47,802 bases of DNA from a virus: the IMG/VR virus record IMGVR_UViG_3300015275_000001, positions 1-47,802 of that record, one strand, 5' to 3'. The position numbers and the translations under genes are program-made. Positions 25,225 to 33,068 of this stretch are shown one piece after another. Each line of letters starts with the position of its first letter. The stretch's first letter is position 1. The notes beneath the pieces were generated by a model that made no database searches, was not told the origin of the DNA, and saw nothing but the letters and a program-made list of their open reading frames with translations.

Positions 25225-25755
25225 TTAGGCGTCGATGAGGCCGCCATTGGCCTCCGTTGCGAGTTCCAGAAATTCGAGGCGGACCGAACGGGTCGCGCGG
25301 TTCCAGGCGTGCTGGATCGTGGTCAGCTGCCGGTGCGCTGGATCGTCGTCTTCCATCGGCAGGCGCTGCTCAATCGCAGCCTTGTGCTCGATCGCGGCGA
25401 TGCGGGTTTCGCGCGGGTCCAGATGACCGGCCTTCGCGTCCTTCAGGACACGCAGCGCCTCGTCTGCCGGTAGCGTGGCGACGGCTTCGTGGTGCTGGAA
25501 TGTCAGCGCCGTATCCCGCATGTGTGGGGGGAACGCTGCCGCCACCTTAGCAGCGGACTTCAGCGCCTTCGGTGCGATACCCAGCTCGTCCGCCAGGAAG
25601 TCAAAGTCGCACTGGAATTGCTCGGAGCCGGTCGCGATCCAGTCCGCAAGCTTCCAGTCCAGATCCGCGCGTTGTTCGAGCAGGCTGCGGCCGGTCTGCA
25701 TCCAGTCCGTGAATGCGGTCGGCAGATGCGCGTCCATCGTCGTGATTGCGTTCAC
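25225..25755 (-). CDS. Hypothetical protein (about 176 aa)
   Basis: GTG at 25755 has GGGAGGGG 6 nt upstream. The ORF-track start is a TTG at 25782. No family recognised. Confidence 0.5.
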   Translation of the reverse strand: MNAITTMDAHLPTAFTDWMQTGRSLLEQRADLDWKLADWIATGSEQFQCDFDFLADELGIAPKALKSAAKVAAAFPPHMRDTALTFQHHEAVATLPADEALRVLKDAKAGHLDPRETRIAAIEHKAAIEQRLPMEDDDPAHRQLTTIQHAWNRATRSVRLEFLELATEANGGLIDA

Positions 25756-25756
25756 C

Positions 25757-26104
25757 TCACCCCTCCCTACTGTCGCGCTCAAGGACGCGGGTGCGAAGAC
25801 GGTGCGCGAGGTCTACTATCCGCTTGACCGAGCCTGCGTCGTCCATCTTACCTTCTTCGACCAAGCGGGCGTTGTCGTCGCTTTCATCACCGCTGTAGTC
25901 GCGGAATGCGTCTGCAATGATGGACCGCGCCTCGACCAAATCAGCATCCACCGGCTCGGGCAGCAGGGCGCGGCCGCGTTCGACCTGATCGACCGCAAAT
26001 TTCACGATCGCGTCGAAGCGGTCTTTGTCATACCAGATTTCAGCAAGCAGCTTCTCGACACGCTCGCGTTCAGCTTGCATCACATTGCTCAGGTCGCCGC
26101 TCAT
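25757..26104 (-). CDS. Hypothetical acidic protein (115 aa)
   Basis: ATGA coupling at 26101-26104. Confidence 0.55.
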   Translation of the reverse strand: MSGDLSNVMQAERERVEKLLAEIWYDKDRFDAIVKFAVDQVERGRALLPEPVDADLVEARSIIADAFRDYSGDESDDNARLVEEGKMDDAGSVKRIVDLAHRLRTRVLERDSREG

Positions 26105-26283
26105 GCTGCGTCTCCTTTGTCGCGAGGCACGAAGACAGCACCCATCCGAGCAGCGAGCCTCTGCGCTGTCTCGATGGCGATCTGGGTGATACGTTCCCGC
26201 TGTTCCTTGGCTCGGTCTTCCCGGCAGGTGCAGCGCTCGGGCCCGTCATCGTAGAGCAGGCCGCAGTCAATATGATGCTTCAT
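26101..26283 (-). CDS. Hypothetical protein (60 aa)
   Basis: ATGA coupling on both sides. Confidence 0.5.
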   Translation of the reverse strand: MKHHIDCGLLYDDGPERCTCREDRAKEQRERITQIAIETAQRLAARMGAVFVPRDKGDAA

Positions 26284-26534
26284 GCTGCCTTCCCCTTATC
26301 GCGGCGGGAAAACCCGTCGATGTACCAGTTGTGATCTTTGATGTTGCGGCAGGCCTCAAAGCGACCGATTGCGCTGTTGCCATCAAGAGTAATCGCCATG
26401 GCGCAGATCGCACTGTAAGCACCGCGCTCGAAGCCACGTTGATCGCGCCAATGACCGTAAAGCGCCATGGAGGCACCCCAGATCATCCCAAAGACGACCC
26501 ACTTCGCTAAGCCGCGCTTCTGTCCTCGCGTCAC
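26280..26534 (-). CDS. Small membrane protein (84 aa)
   Basis: GTGA coupling. Hydrophobic WVVFGMIWGASMALYG segment. Confidence 0.5.
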   Translation of the reverse strand: MTRGQKRGLAKWVVFGMIWGASMALYGHWRDQRGFERGAYSAICAMAITLDGNSAIGRFEACRNIKDHNWYIDGFSRRDKGKAA

Positions 26535-26845
26535 GCCCCCGCCTCCTCGCTGGTGGGGAGGGCCTTGGCGTTACGTCTCCGTTCGACAATAAGCTGTTCG
26601 AGCATCAGCCGCTGATCGGCAACCGATAGACCTTTCCCCGGATCCAGCTGAATTTTTGTCTTCGCAATAACCTCGTCAACCATCAGGCTGGCGAAGTCTT
26701 GCAGGTCGGCACCTGCTGCATGCAGCACCCATTCCTGCTTCGCGAGATCGCGGCCATCGTAATATGGATTGCTTTGCCATCCGCATGAGCAGTTGGCGTA
26801 GTCAATCAGTCCCTCGCTGCGGGGCTGAATTTCATGTTCGATCAC
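26531..26845 (-). CDS. Hypothetical protein (104 aa)
   Basis: GTG start with a GGAGAAGG RBS. Confidence 0.55.
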   Translation of the reverse strand: MIEHEIQPRSEGLIDYANCSCGWQSNPYYDGRDLAKQEWVLHAAGADLQDFASLMVDEVIAKTKIQLDPGKGLSVADQRLMLEQLIVERRRNAKALPTSEEAGA

Positions 26846-26872
26846 TGACCTTCTCCCATCATCTTGAGGTAA

Positions 26873-27214
26873 TCAGAGATTGCGAAGGCAGCGGCTCAGC
26901 CGAGCGTTGGTGTCGCCAGCAATCCGCAACAAGGTCCGCGTCATGCCAGCAAGGTTGGCCGGCTCGTTTTCCGCGCAATCAGGACCGCACTCGGGGTCGC
27001 TTGCCCCACCAATGCGCTCAGCCAGTTCGAGCGATCGCTTGTTGATTTCGCTCAGTTCGTTGATGAGGCGGCCCAGGTTGTCCATGACGCCAGGCGTTCC
27101 ACCGAGCGAGGCTGCAGCACCAACCATGTTGCCAAGACCGTATCCCTCCTGGTTCAGATGCGAGCTGTACGGGGAATCAACACGGTCAGTTGCGCTATAC
27201 AGATTATGCTTCAT
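26873..27214 (-). CDS. Hypothetical protein (113 aa)
   Basis: ATG at 27214, 1 nt after the upstream stop. Confidence 0.55.
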   Translation of the reverse strand: MKHNLYSATDRVDSPYSSHLNQEGYGLGNMVGAAASLGGTPGVMDNLGRLINELSEINKRSLELAERIGGASDPECGPDCAENEPANLAGMTRTLLRIAGDTNARLSRCLRNL

Positions 27215-27215
27215 G

Positions 27216-27362
27216 TCAGTTCTCCGGGATAAATTTGAGGTAATCCGCGAGCCGGTGCTCGGGGATGCGGTAGTGCTGTGCCGCAGCGGCCGGTCGTGCG
27301 CGGGCTCTGCGGCGCAGGTCGGGGTCCTTGAGGGCGTCGAGGATGAGGCGCTGGAGGGACAT
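27216..27362 (-). CDS. Possible small ORF (48 aa)
   Basis: Internal ATG of ORF 27216..27440. The upstream part of that ORF overlaps the GGCACT repeat cluster. Confidence 0.3.
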   Translation of the reverse strand: MSLQRLILDALKDPDLRRRARARPAAAAQHYRIPEHRLADYLKFIPEN

Positions 27363-27385
27363 CAGAAGCCCTCCGAAACAGCAAC

Positions 27386-27491
27386 AGTGCCGCTTAGTGC
27401 CACTTTCAACGGCACTGCCTGTTTCCCCACACCCGCGCACACGCGTAAGGGGTAATGAGAGAATGCGGCACTACCCGTCACTATCGGCACT
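27386..27491. repeat. Iteron-like cluster of GGCACT/AGTGCC hexamers (5 copies)
   Basis: AGTGCC at 27386 and 27396. GGCACT at 27411, 27467 and 27486. AGTGCC(27396)/GGCACT(27411) form a 6-bp inverted repeat. Confidence 0.5.
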
Positions 27492-28847
27492 CCCGGTCCG
27501 AACGCTGATCCCAGTGTGCTTGCGAATGCCGTTCGATCGGCTCCACGGAAAACCGCGCTTTTCCAATAGGCTACGGAAGGTTTTTGCCGTTCCCGCCTCT
27601 TCACCGGACTGACGGGTGAAGTCGGCCCAGCTTTTGAACAGAGTGCCGGGTTGATCCCACTGACCGGCGCTGACGACGCAGCGCTCATCCATCCATTGGC
27701 CCAAGAGGTCCTGATTTGCGAAATAGTCGTTCGTCGCCTCAGTCACGCTTTCCGGGCGCGCCAAACCATGTTGCTGCCAGTCGAGACACCCCTGCAAAGC
27801 CCAATTCAGGATGCGCCCGGCTTCCTCCTTCAGCTTCTCTTCCAGCATGTGGTCGGGCTGCTTGGGCTTGTGGACGAAGGGCATCATGTTGAAGCGGCGC
27901 TGCATGGCCGCGTCGACACTGGATAAGCTGGGCTGGTGGTTGCCCGCGAACAGCAGCTTGAAGTGCGGCTGATAGGTGAAGAAGTCTTGGCGCATGAAGC
28001 GTGCCGTGATGGGGTCGCCACCGGTCAGGGCCTTGATGCGTGCCTCCGCCCATGACCGGCCTTCCTCGGTCTCGCTGGCGGTCACCAGACGGGCGCCCTT
28101 GAGCATTGCCAGCTCTGTCGGGTGGCTATTAAACTTGGACGAGGTGAACGTGTCCATGGGGGCTGACATCGCGTAATCGCCAAGAATATGGACGAGGATG
28201 TTCAGGAAGACCGACTTGCCGTTGCCACCCGGCCCGTAGATGAAAAACAGGGCATGCTCGGTCGTCAAGCCCGTCAGGCAATAGCCCGCGATCCGCTGAA
28301 GGTAGACCTGCATCGCCTTGTCGCCATTCGTGGCGTCATCAAGGAATTTCAGCCAGCGCTCGGGCGCTTTGCTGTCCGGCTTGCAGCCGGTGACTTTCGT
28401 GATGAATTCATCGCGCCGCGGTGCGTGCATCTTACCGTTGCGCAGGTCCAGCGTCCCGCCGGGCGTGCCCAGCAACCATGGATCATTGTCCCAGACATCA
28501 GACGTGACGGCGTGTGCAGGATCAGCACGAGCGAAGCGCTCAGCCCCACCAGCCACCGAGGCCTTGCACGTCGACTTCTTGCCTGAACCAAGCCTGCGGC
28601 CGATCTCACGAGCGAAGTGGAACGCGACCGGCACATCTGTCGACGTCCAATGCGTGAACTGCCACTGATACCACTTGCCAGCATTATGGTCGAAGCGCAG
28701 CGTGTCCCGGTGCTGCCGCGTGAACTCTAGCGCGATCGCGTCTTCCGATACCTCAATCGGCTGAGCACCGGGGAACGTGACGATGTTATCGTCGGCATAG
28801 GCCTCGACAGGGGCGATGTGATCGTCGGGGATCATTTCATCGTCCAT
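27471..28847 (-). CDS. Primase-helicase, P4/D5 family (SF3 helicase, 458 aa)
   Basis: Walker A FIYGPGGNGKSVF, a D5_N-like region and the P4-family C-terminal pattern (..GDPITARFMRQDFFTY.P.FKL....N..P). Confidence 0.85.
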   Translation of the reverse strand: MDDEMIPDDHIAPVEAYADDNIVTFPGAQPIEVSEDAIALEFTRQHRDTLRFDHNAGKWYQWQFTHWTSTDVPVAFHFAREIGRRLGSGKKSTCKASVAGGAERFARADPAHAVTSDVWDNDPWLLGTPGGTLDLRNGKMHAPRRDEFITKVTGCKPDSKAPERWLKFLDDATNGDKAMQVYLQRIAGYCLTGLTTEHALFFIYGPGGNGKSVFLNILVHILGDYAMSAPMDTFTSSKFNSHPTELAMLKGARLVTASETEEGRSWAEARIKALTGGDPITARFMRQDFFTYQPHFKLLFAGNHQPSLSSVDAAMQRRFNMMPFVHKPKQPDHMLEEKLKEEAGRILNWALQGCLDWQQHGLARPESVTEATNDYFANQDLLGQWMDERCVVSAGQWDQPGTLFKSWADFTRQSGEEAGTAKTFRSLLEKRGFPWSRSNGIRKHTGISVRTGSADSDG

Positions 28848-29286
28848 CCCGCACCTGCCTCACAGGCGCACCGATGGACGCCAGCCACGCGATTGCACCC
28901 TCAGCGGTCCGACAGACCGCTACGGGGTGCCCGCGCAGGTGATACCAATTGAGCGTCTTAATCTGGTCCTCGGACGGCATCTTCTGACCGTTCTTGAACT
29001 CGATGCGAGCGGTTGGTGCGTCTGCCCAGCTGATCCCCGTGTCAGGCTCACCCGGCGCCATACCTTCGCGCTTGGCCTTGGCAGCTTCCCAGTGCGACCG
29101 CTTCGCGCCGTTCGGCACCGCCATTACCCGGCATGCTTTTGCAGTACGGCGCATGGTGGCCACGAACGTGGCCTGGCGGCTGTCCTCGCTCTCCAGGCTG
29201 CGGTCCTTCGGCTCGACGTAGATAGCCGGGTGCAACACTTCCTTGGCAGGCGCTTCCATAGCGTCGATCATGGCGAACGCGTTCAT
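28837..29286 (-). CDS. VRR-NUC domain nuclease (149 aa)
   Basis: ...AVPNGAKRS...GMAPGEPD....EFK...G..S.DQ...L has the PD-(D/E)xK pattern of VRR-NUC proteins. Confidence 0.7.
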   Translation of the reverse strand: MNAFAMIDAMEAPAKEVLHPAIYVEPKDRSLESEDSRQATFVATMRRTAKACRVMAVPNGAKRSHWEAAKAKREGMAPGEPDTGISWADAPTARIEFKNGQKMPSEDQIKTLNWYHLRGHPVAVCRTAEGAIAWLASIGAPVRQVRDGR

Positions 29287-29480
29287 ACAAGCCTCCCGAA
29301 CTTTTGGAGGGCTTCGCGCGCGACCTCGATCTTGACCTGGTATGCAGCGGCAAGACTTTCGGGTGTGTGCGCAGCAACCTTGTCAGGTCGAGCGAAGCCC
29401 AGAAAATGATACATCGCAAATTTGCGATCAGCGGCAGTAGGAGCCTTGGTAGGCATGACGCGACGTGCAAACCGGCTCAC
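29283..29480 (-). CDS. Hypothetical protein (65 aa)
   Basis: GTGA coupling upstream and ATGA coupling downstream. Confidence 0.45.
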   Translation of the reverse strand: MSRFARRVMPTKAPTAADRKFAMYHFLGFARPDKVAAHTPESLAAAYQVKIEVAREALQKFGRLV

Positions 29481-30412
29481 AGCGCCACCTCGTGACGATG
29501 GTGGACCAGCATATCAGCCCAATCGGCGCCGACGCGCGACGGGATCCTGACATCGGCCGTCATGCCCTTCTGGCAAGCGATCCGGTGAGCGACGGCATAT
29601 GCTGCAGCGTGGCCACCAAACTTGGCGTCGTTATCGCCAAACACGACGACTTTTGTGACACCTTCGGGTGCTTTCCACTTCGCCAGCATTGTCGCGTTGA
29701 TTGCAGCCCATACCGGCATGTCGTGGAGGACCGACGCCGCCAGTGCAGTTTCGACACCCTCGGCAATGCCAAGCCGGTGACCGTGAACGGCCGACAGCCG
29801 AACCGCGCAGCCGTCAGGAATGGTGCCGGGCATGAGTGCGCGTGGCATATCCATATCGGCTTTACCCTCAGGGCCTAGAAAGGTGCGATGGAGACTGGCG
29901 GCCATACCGTCGGGCCCGGTCACCATCGCAACCATTGCCGGGCGATCGGTGCCGTCCGTGGCCCGCGTCGTGGGCACGAAGCGTAGCGCGGCGCGATTGG
30001 CGGGCAGCGGCAGGCTGCGAGACGCAAGATAGGCACCGGCCTGGTCGTTACGCGAGATGACGCGGCCGGACTGCCACAGGTCGTTGAGCAGCCGCTTTCG
30101 CTTGGCATCGTCCATGGCGGGCTTCGACGGCTGGAATTCGCAGTTGCCCACGATGCGGTCAATCTCAGCGGCAGCGGTCTTGAAGTCCCAGCCCTTCAGC
30201 TTCTGGACCAAATCCATGCCGTTGCCCGCGCCGCAGTTCGAGCAGAAAAAGGTGCCGCGCCCTTCCTTGTTGTCATAGCGGAAGCGATCGGTCCCGCCGC
30301 ACATGGGGCAGGGGCCGTGCTTGCCGGACAGGAACGACCGCTCCATGCCGAACAGTGATAGGATGTTGGTCCACTTGCCCTGAGCAGCGTCCATCGTGCG
30401 GGGGCGATTCAT
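29477..30412 (-). CDS. DNA primase, zinc-ribbon + TOPRIM type (311 aa)
   Basis: HGPCPMCGGTDRFRYDNKEGRGTFFCSNCG is a primase Zn-binding motif. The C-terminal part is TOPRIM-like (IAEGVETALA...VFGDND). Confidence 0.8.
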   Translation of the reverse strand: MNRPRTMDAAQGKWTNILSLFGMERSFLSGKHGPCPMCGGTDRFRYDNKEGRGTFFCSNCGAGNGMDLVQKLKGWDFKTAAAEIDRIVGNCEFQPSKPAMDDAKRKRLLNDLWQSGRVISRNDQAGAYLASRSLPLPANRAALRFVPTTRATDGTDRPAMVAMVTGPDGMAASLHRTFLGPEGKADMDMPRALMPGTIPDGCAVRLSAVHGHRLGIAEGVETALAASVLHDMPVWAAINATMLAKWKAPEGVTKVVVFGDNDAKFGGHAAAYAVAHRIACQKGMTADVRIPSRVGADWADMLVHHRHEVAL

Positions 30413-30738
30413 GCCGCCACCCCGTCTTTACGCATCTGGTCACGGACCATGGCGATCCGCTCCTGACGGTTTCCATATTCCCGAAGCGATAGGTAGAGCG
30501 GCCGATACTCGGCCGGTACAGCGCTCAACAGGCTTGCAGTGCGCTTGGCGATAGAGTCCGGCGTATGCAGCCTTATACGCGCGGCTTCCCGCATTTCTGG
30601 CCGCAGTTTCGTGGCTTGAATTTTTGCTGCGTATTCCGGGTTCTGATGGATGCGCTTTGAGGCGCAAGACCGGCAAGGCTGACCAGCATAGCGAGGGCGG
30701 ACAATATGCTTGCCGCAGTCAGGACAGGATCCGCTCAT
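30409..30738 (-). CDS. Zinc-ribbon protein (109 aa)
   Basis: The internal ATG gives an ATGA overlap. CPDCG...CRSC. Confidence 0.5.
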   Translation of the reverse strand: MSGSCPDCGKHIVRPRYAGQPCRSCASKRIHQNPEYAAKIQATKLRPEMREAARIRLHTPDSIAKRTASLLSAVPAEYRPLYLSLREYGNRQERIAMVRDQMRKDGVAA

Positions 30739-31325
30739 GCCGCCCACCGCACGGCCCGGAAGCCCTTGGAGCGAGCACGCTCGATCAGCTCCGCATCCGT
30801 CATCCAGACGATGCCGCACATCCAGTATTTGCCCTTGGCGTTCTGGTTGCCGTTCAGGTCGCACCGGAACACCCGGCGATCGCGGCGCATGAAGTCAGCG
30901 GCTTGGCCAGCTTCCGACATGTCGCGCTGATAGCCTTCGGGCCGCACAGGTATGACGAAACTTTGCTTGTCGACCGTGCGGGGGAGGCGACGTGGAGGTG
31001 TGCGACGCTCTGCAATCTGCTCACCCCGCTTGCGACCGAGCCCAAGCGAATGCGCCCAGCGGCTGATCTTTGACGGACGGCACCGGTAATGCGCCGCCAA
31101 TTCGCGGTGCGTGTGATGCTTCCACATCTCCGCAAAGTCGTCTGGCGCTTCCTCAGTGACGCGGCCGGGCTTTGTCTGCCAGGTGCCGAAACCGATCCGT
31201 GAGGCCGCCAGTAGCGTGGCGCGGCGGGTCAGGCCTAGAGCGTCCGCTACTTGCTGCGCTGATGCGCCAGCCGCGACCAGATCGCGGGCCTTGGTAACGT
31301 TTTCGTCTGTCCAAGTGCGCTTCAT
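30735..31325 (-). CDS. GcrA-like HTH regulator (196 aa)
   Basis: The N-terminus WTDENVTKARDLVAAGASAQQVADALGLTRRATLLAASRIG parallels the GcrA N-terminal DNA-binding domain. The C-terminal part is not GcrA-like. Confidence 0.45.
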   Translation of the reverse strand: MKRTWTDENVTKARDLVAAGASAQQVADALGLTRRATLLAASRIGFGTWQTKPGRVTEEAPDDFAEMWKHHTHRELAAHYRCRPSKISRWAHSLGLGRKRGEQIAERRTPPRRLPRTVDKQSFVIPVRPEGYQRDMSEAGQAADFMRRDRRVFRCDLNGNQNAKGKYWMCGIVWMTDAELIERARSKGFRAVRWAA

Positions 31326-31615
31326 GCCGACGCCTCCAGGCGCTTTTCGACCAGCCGAGCATAGCCTTGGATATCATGCCAGTTGTCGATGTAGGCCGGG
31401 TCGCCATTGAGAATGCGTGCGATCTTGTCAGCGATCGTCGTCAGTGCCTGGCGCATGTCTGCGTCAAGGTTGTCCCAGCGCGTTTTGATTATCTCGCCAT
31501 GATGCGCCGCGCTGCCGTGCATAATCATCTGCAACGCCTGCGCGATCTTGGCGTGCTCGATGAATTCGCCGTAGCGTGAGCCGCGTTCGGCAAGCGTGTC
31601 CGATAGATCAGCCAT
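31322..31615 (-). CDS. All-alpha NTP-pyrophosphohydrolase-like protein (DUF6378/MazG-like, 97 aa)
   Basis: LAERGSRYGEF...A......M......K..R......H.DNWHDIQGYARL is the pattern typical of this phage family. Confidence 0.55.
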   Translation of the reverse strand: MADLSDTLAERGSRYGEFIEHAKIAQALQMIMHGSAAHHGEIIKTRWDNLDADMRQALTTIADKIARILNGDPAYIDNWHDIQGYARLVEKRLEASA

Positions 31616-32024
31616 GAGAAACCCTCCGAGCGACGCCACCAATGCGTCGTGCAATGTCCTGAAGATTGGCGATTTGCTGAGGCGTGCGCGGCTTATCGGC
31701 GCTCAGATACTCAGCGGTGTAGCGCGAACAGTCGCGGACCAAGGCGTCGATATCGCCGTCGTCTTCCGCCCCGTCGCTGCCGATGTGCTTGCCGACCGGC
31801 TCATACATGAGCGAGGTCAACTCATCGGGAATGATGGCCGACAGCAACACCAGCGCGTAGGCTGGCATCGCCGTGTCCTTCTTCCACATCAGCATCGTGT
31901 TCTTGCTGATGCCTGTCTCAGCGCTCAGCATGGCGATGGTCAGGCCGTAGTCGCGCTCCGCAAGCCGGAACATGTGTTCCTGACGCGAAATGATATTCTG
32001 TACACGATCGGTGCTGCGAGGCAT
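31608..32024 (-). CDS. HTH DNA-binding protein, CII-position regulator (138 aa)
   Basis: GLTIAMLSAETGISKNTMLMWKK is an HTH motif. Third gene of the Cro-side operon. Confidence 0.55.
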   Translation of the reverse strand: MPRSTDRVQNIISRQEHMFRLAERDYGLTIAMLSAETGISKNTMLMWKKDTAMPAYALVLLSAIIPDELTSLMYEPVGKHIGSDGAEDDGDIDALVRDCSRYTAEYLSADKPRTPQQIANLQDIARRIGGVARRVSHG

Positions 32025-32028
32025 GATC

Positions 32029-32223
32029 TCATTGCCCCCGTTCGGCTAGAGGCTGCCCATTATGGACAGACCGAGCAGCCCATTGAGTATCCGTGCAACC
32101 GCAGAGGCGATCACCACAGGTGGCGCAGGCGGTGTCCGTCGCTTGCGGCCCGCAGCCGCGTGCGATGGCGCGCTCCCAGCTGCCCGGCTCGCTGTCCGTG
32201 TCGACGGTGAGGGTCGGGCTCAT
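32029..32223 (-). CDS. Small Cys-rich protein (64 aa)
   Basis: ATGA overlap with the Cro-like stop. CATCGDRLCGC. Confidence 0.45.
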   Translation of the reverse strand: MSPTLTVDTDSEPGSWERAIARGCGPQATDTACATCGDRLCGCTDTQWAARSVHNGQPLAERGQ

Positions 32224-32432
32224 GCTGCGCGGCCTTTGCGTCCGTCAGACAAATGATCAGCGGTGATGCTCTTGCCTTGGCGCTTGGCGAGCTCGACCAA
32301 CGCAGCAACCCGCCAGGCGGGCACCGACCCAGTCCGCTTCCAGCCATGAACGGTGGTTGTGGGAGCGCCGATCTCTCGACCGATCGCCGTAGCGCCTCCA
32401 AGGGCGTCGATGATTTCAGCAGCCGTCATCAT
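32220..32432 (-). CDS. Cro-like HTH regulator (YdaS/Cro type, 70 aa), probably leaderless
   Basis: MMTAAEIIDALGGATAIGREIGAPTTTVHGWKRTGSVPAWRVAALVELA. The ATG lies 7-8 nt after a TATAGT -10 and has no SD. The ORF-track N-terminal extension would cross the operators. Confidence 0.7.
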   Translation of the reverse strand: MMTAAEIIDALGGATAIGREIGAPTTTVHGWKRTGSVPAWRVAALVELAKRQGKSITADHLSDGRKGRAA

Positions 32433-32439
32433 ACGGCAA

Positions 32440-32468
32440 ACTATACGTATTCCGCATGACCCATGCAA
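32440..32468 (-). promoter_or_regulatory. PR-like promoter TTGCAT-N17-TATAGT
   Basis: On the minus strand the -35 is at 32468-32463 and the -10 at 32445-32440. The spacer contains the operator TCATGCGGAATACGTAT. Confidence 0.6.
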
Positions 32469-32484
32469 TAGGAAATACGTATAG
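32441..32484. promoter_or_regulatory. OR-like operator pair (inverted CTATACGTATTCC ... GGAAATACGTATAG)
   Basis: Two ATACGTAT palindromic cores at 32443-32450 and 32475-32482. The 17-mer at 32443-32459 is identical (reverse complement) to 33152-33168. Confidence 0.65.
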
Positions 32485-32524
32485 CGTATTTGCGCCCTGC
32501 TCACCTTTGAGCGAGTGCGAATGC

Positions 32525-32944
32525 ATGCTTACGGCAACCGAAATTCTTCGTGTTCTTGACCAGCGGGGCGTCACACGCACCGAACTGGGAAAGGTGCTGG
32601 GCATCAGCCAGCCGAATGCCACCCGGCTATATAGCCCGGATCCGCGATCGCAAAAGCTGCGCGACCTGACCTATGAGGAAGGCCGCAAGCTTATCGAGCA
32701 TTACAAGCTTGAGGATAAGGCGGCACCGATGGCGCAGCCGGTATACCTTAATGAAGAACTGCTGGCGCCGATTGTGCAGGAAATAGCGAGACTTGCGCGG
32801 TCTGAGCGGGGGGAGTTGCCTGCTCGACCTCTCGCGTCAGCCTTGTCACGATACCTTCGGCAGATTGCAGAGCGTCCCGCCATTCATGCCAGCCAGGATG
32901 CGCTAGAGGCGGTCGCTCAAGCCGCAGTACCTCCACTTCACTAA
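32525..32944 (+). CDS. CI-like HTH repressor candidate (139 aa)
   Basis: MLTATEILRVLDQRGVTRTELGKVLGISQPNATRLY is an HTH motif. Divergent from the Cro-like gene and lower in GC. No peptidase S24-like C-terminal module is recognisable. Confidence 0.65.
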   Translation: MLTATEILRVLDQRGVTRTELGKVLGISQPNATRLYSPDPRSQKLRDLTYEEGRKLIEHYKLEDKAAPMAQPVYLNEELLAPIVQEIARLARSERGELPARPLASALSRYLRQIAERPAIHASQDALEAVAQAAVPPLH

Positions 32945-33053
32945 GCCACGCCGCGAGCATCAAGCGCTTAGCCGCGCAGACCGCAGAACAGGGGTCGCAG
33001 CCAGTCACGCAGGCGGGTTGGGGCAAAGCTGCGACTCGTCTTGTGTTCTCCAT
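32748..33053 (-). CDS. Candidate SOS-controlled leaderless ORF (101 aa), antisense to the 3' end of the repressor gene; may instead be a non-coding antisense RNA
   Basis: The ATG is exactly 7 nt after a CATATT -10. The first 36 codons are intergenic and carry CVTGCDPCSAVC. The remaining 65 codons overlap the CI-like gene. Confidence 0.3.
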   Translation of the reverse strand: MENTRRVAALPQPACVTGCDPCSAVCAAKRLMLAAWLSEVEVLRLERPPLAHPGWHEWRDALQSAEGIVTRLTREVEQATPPAQTAQVSLFPAQSAPAVLH

Positions 33054-33068
33054 GTTCTCAATATGTTC
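33054..33068. promoter_or_regulatory. LexA (SOS) box of alphaproteobacterial type, GTTC-N7-GTTC
   Basis: GTTCtcaatatGTTC. A third GTTC lies at 33045-33048. Confidence 0.6.

Noticed and set aside
32456-32524. ORF-track N-terminal extensions of the CI-like gene (start 32456) and the Cro-like gene (start 32504). Similar extensions occur on many other ORFs, for example 46841, 47251, 30864, 25155, 10448 and 10035.
   Set aside because: The extensions run through operators, promoters or neighbouring genes. Internal ATG/GTG codons give ATGA, GTGA or TGATG coupling, or have a proper RBS.
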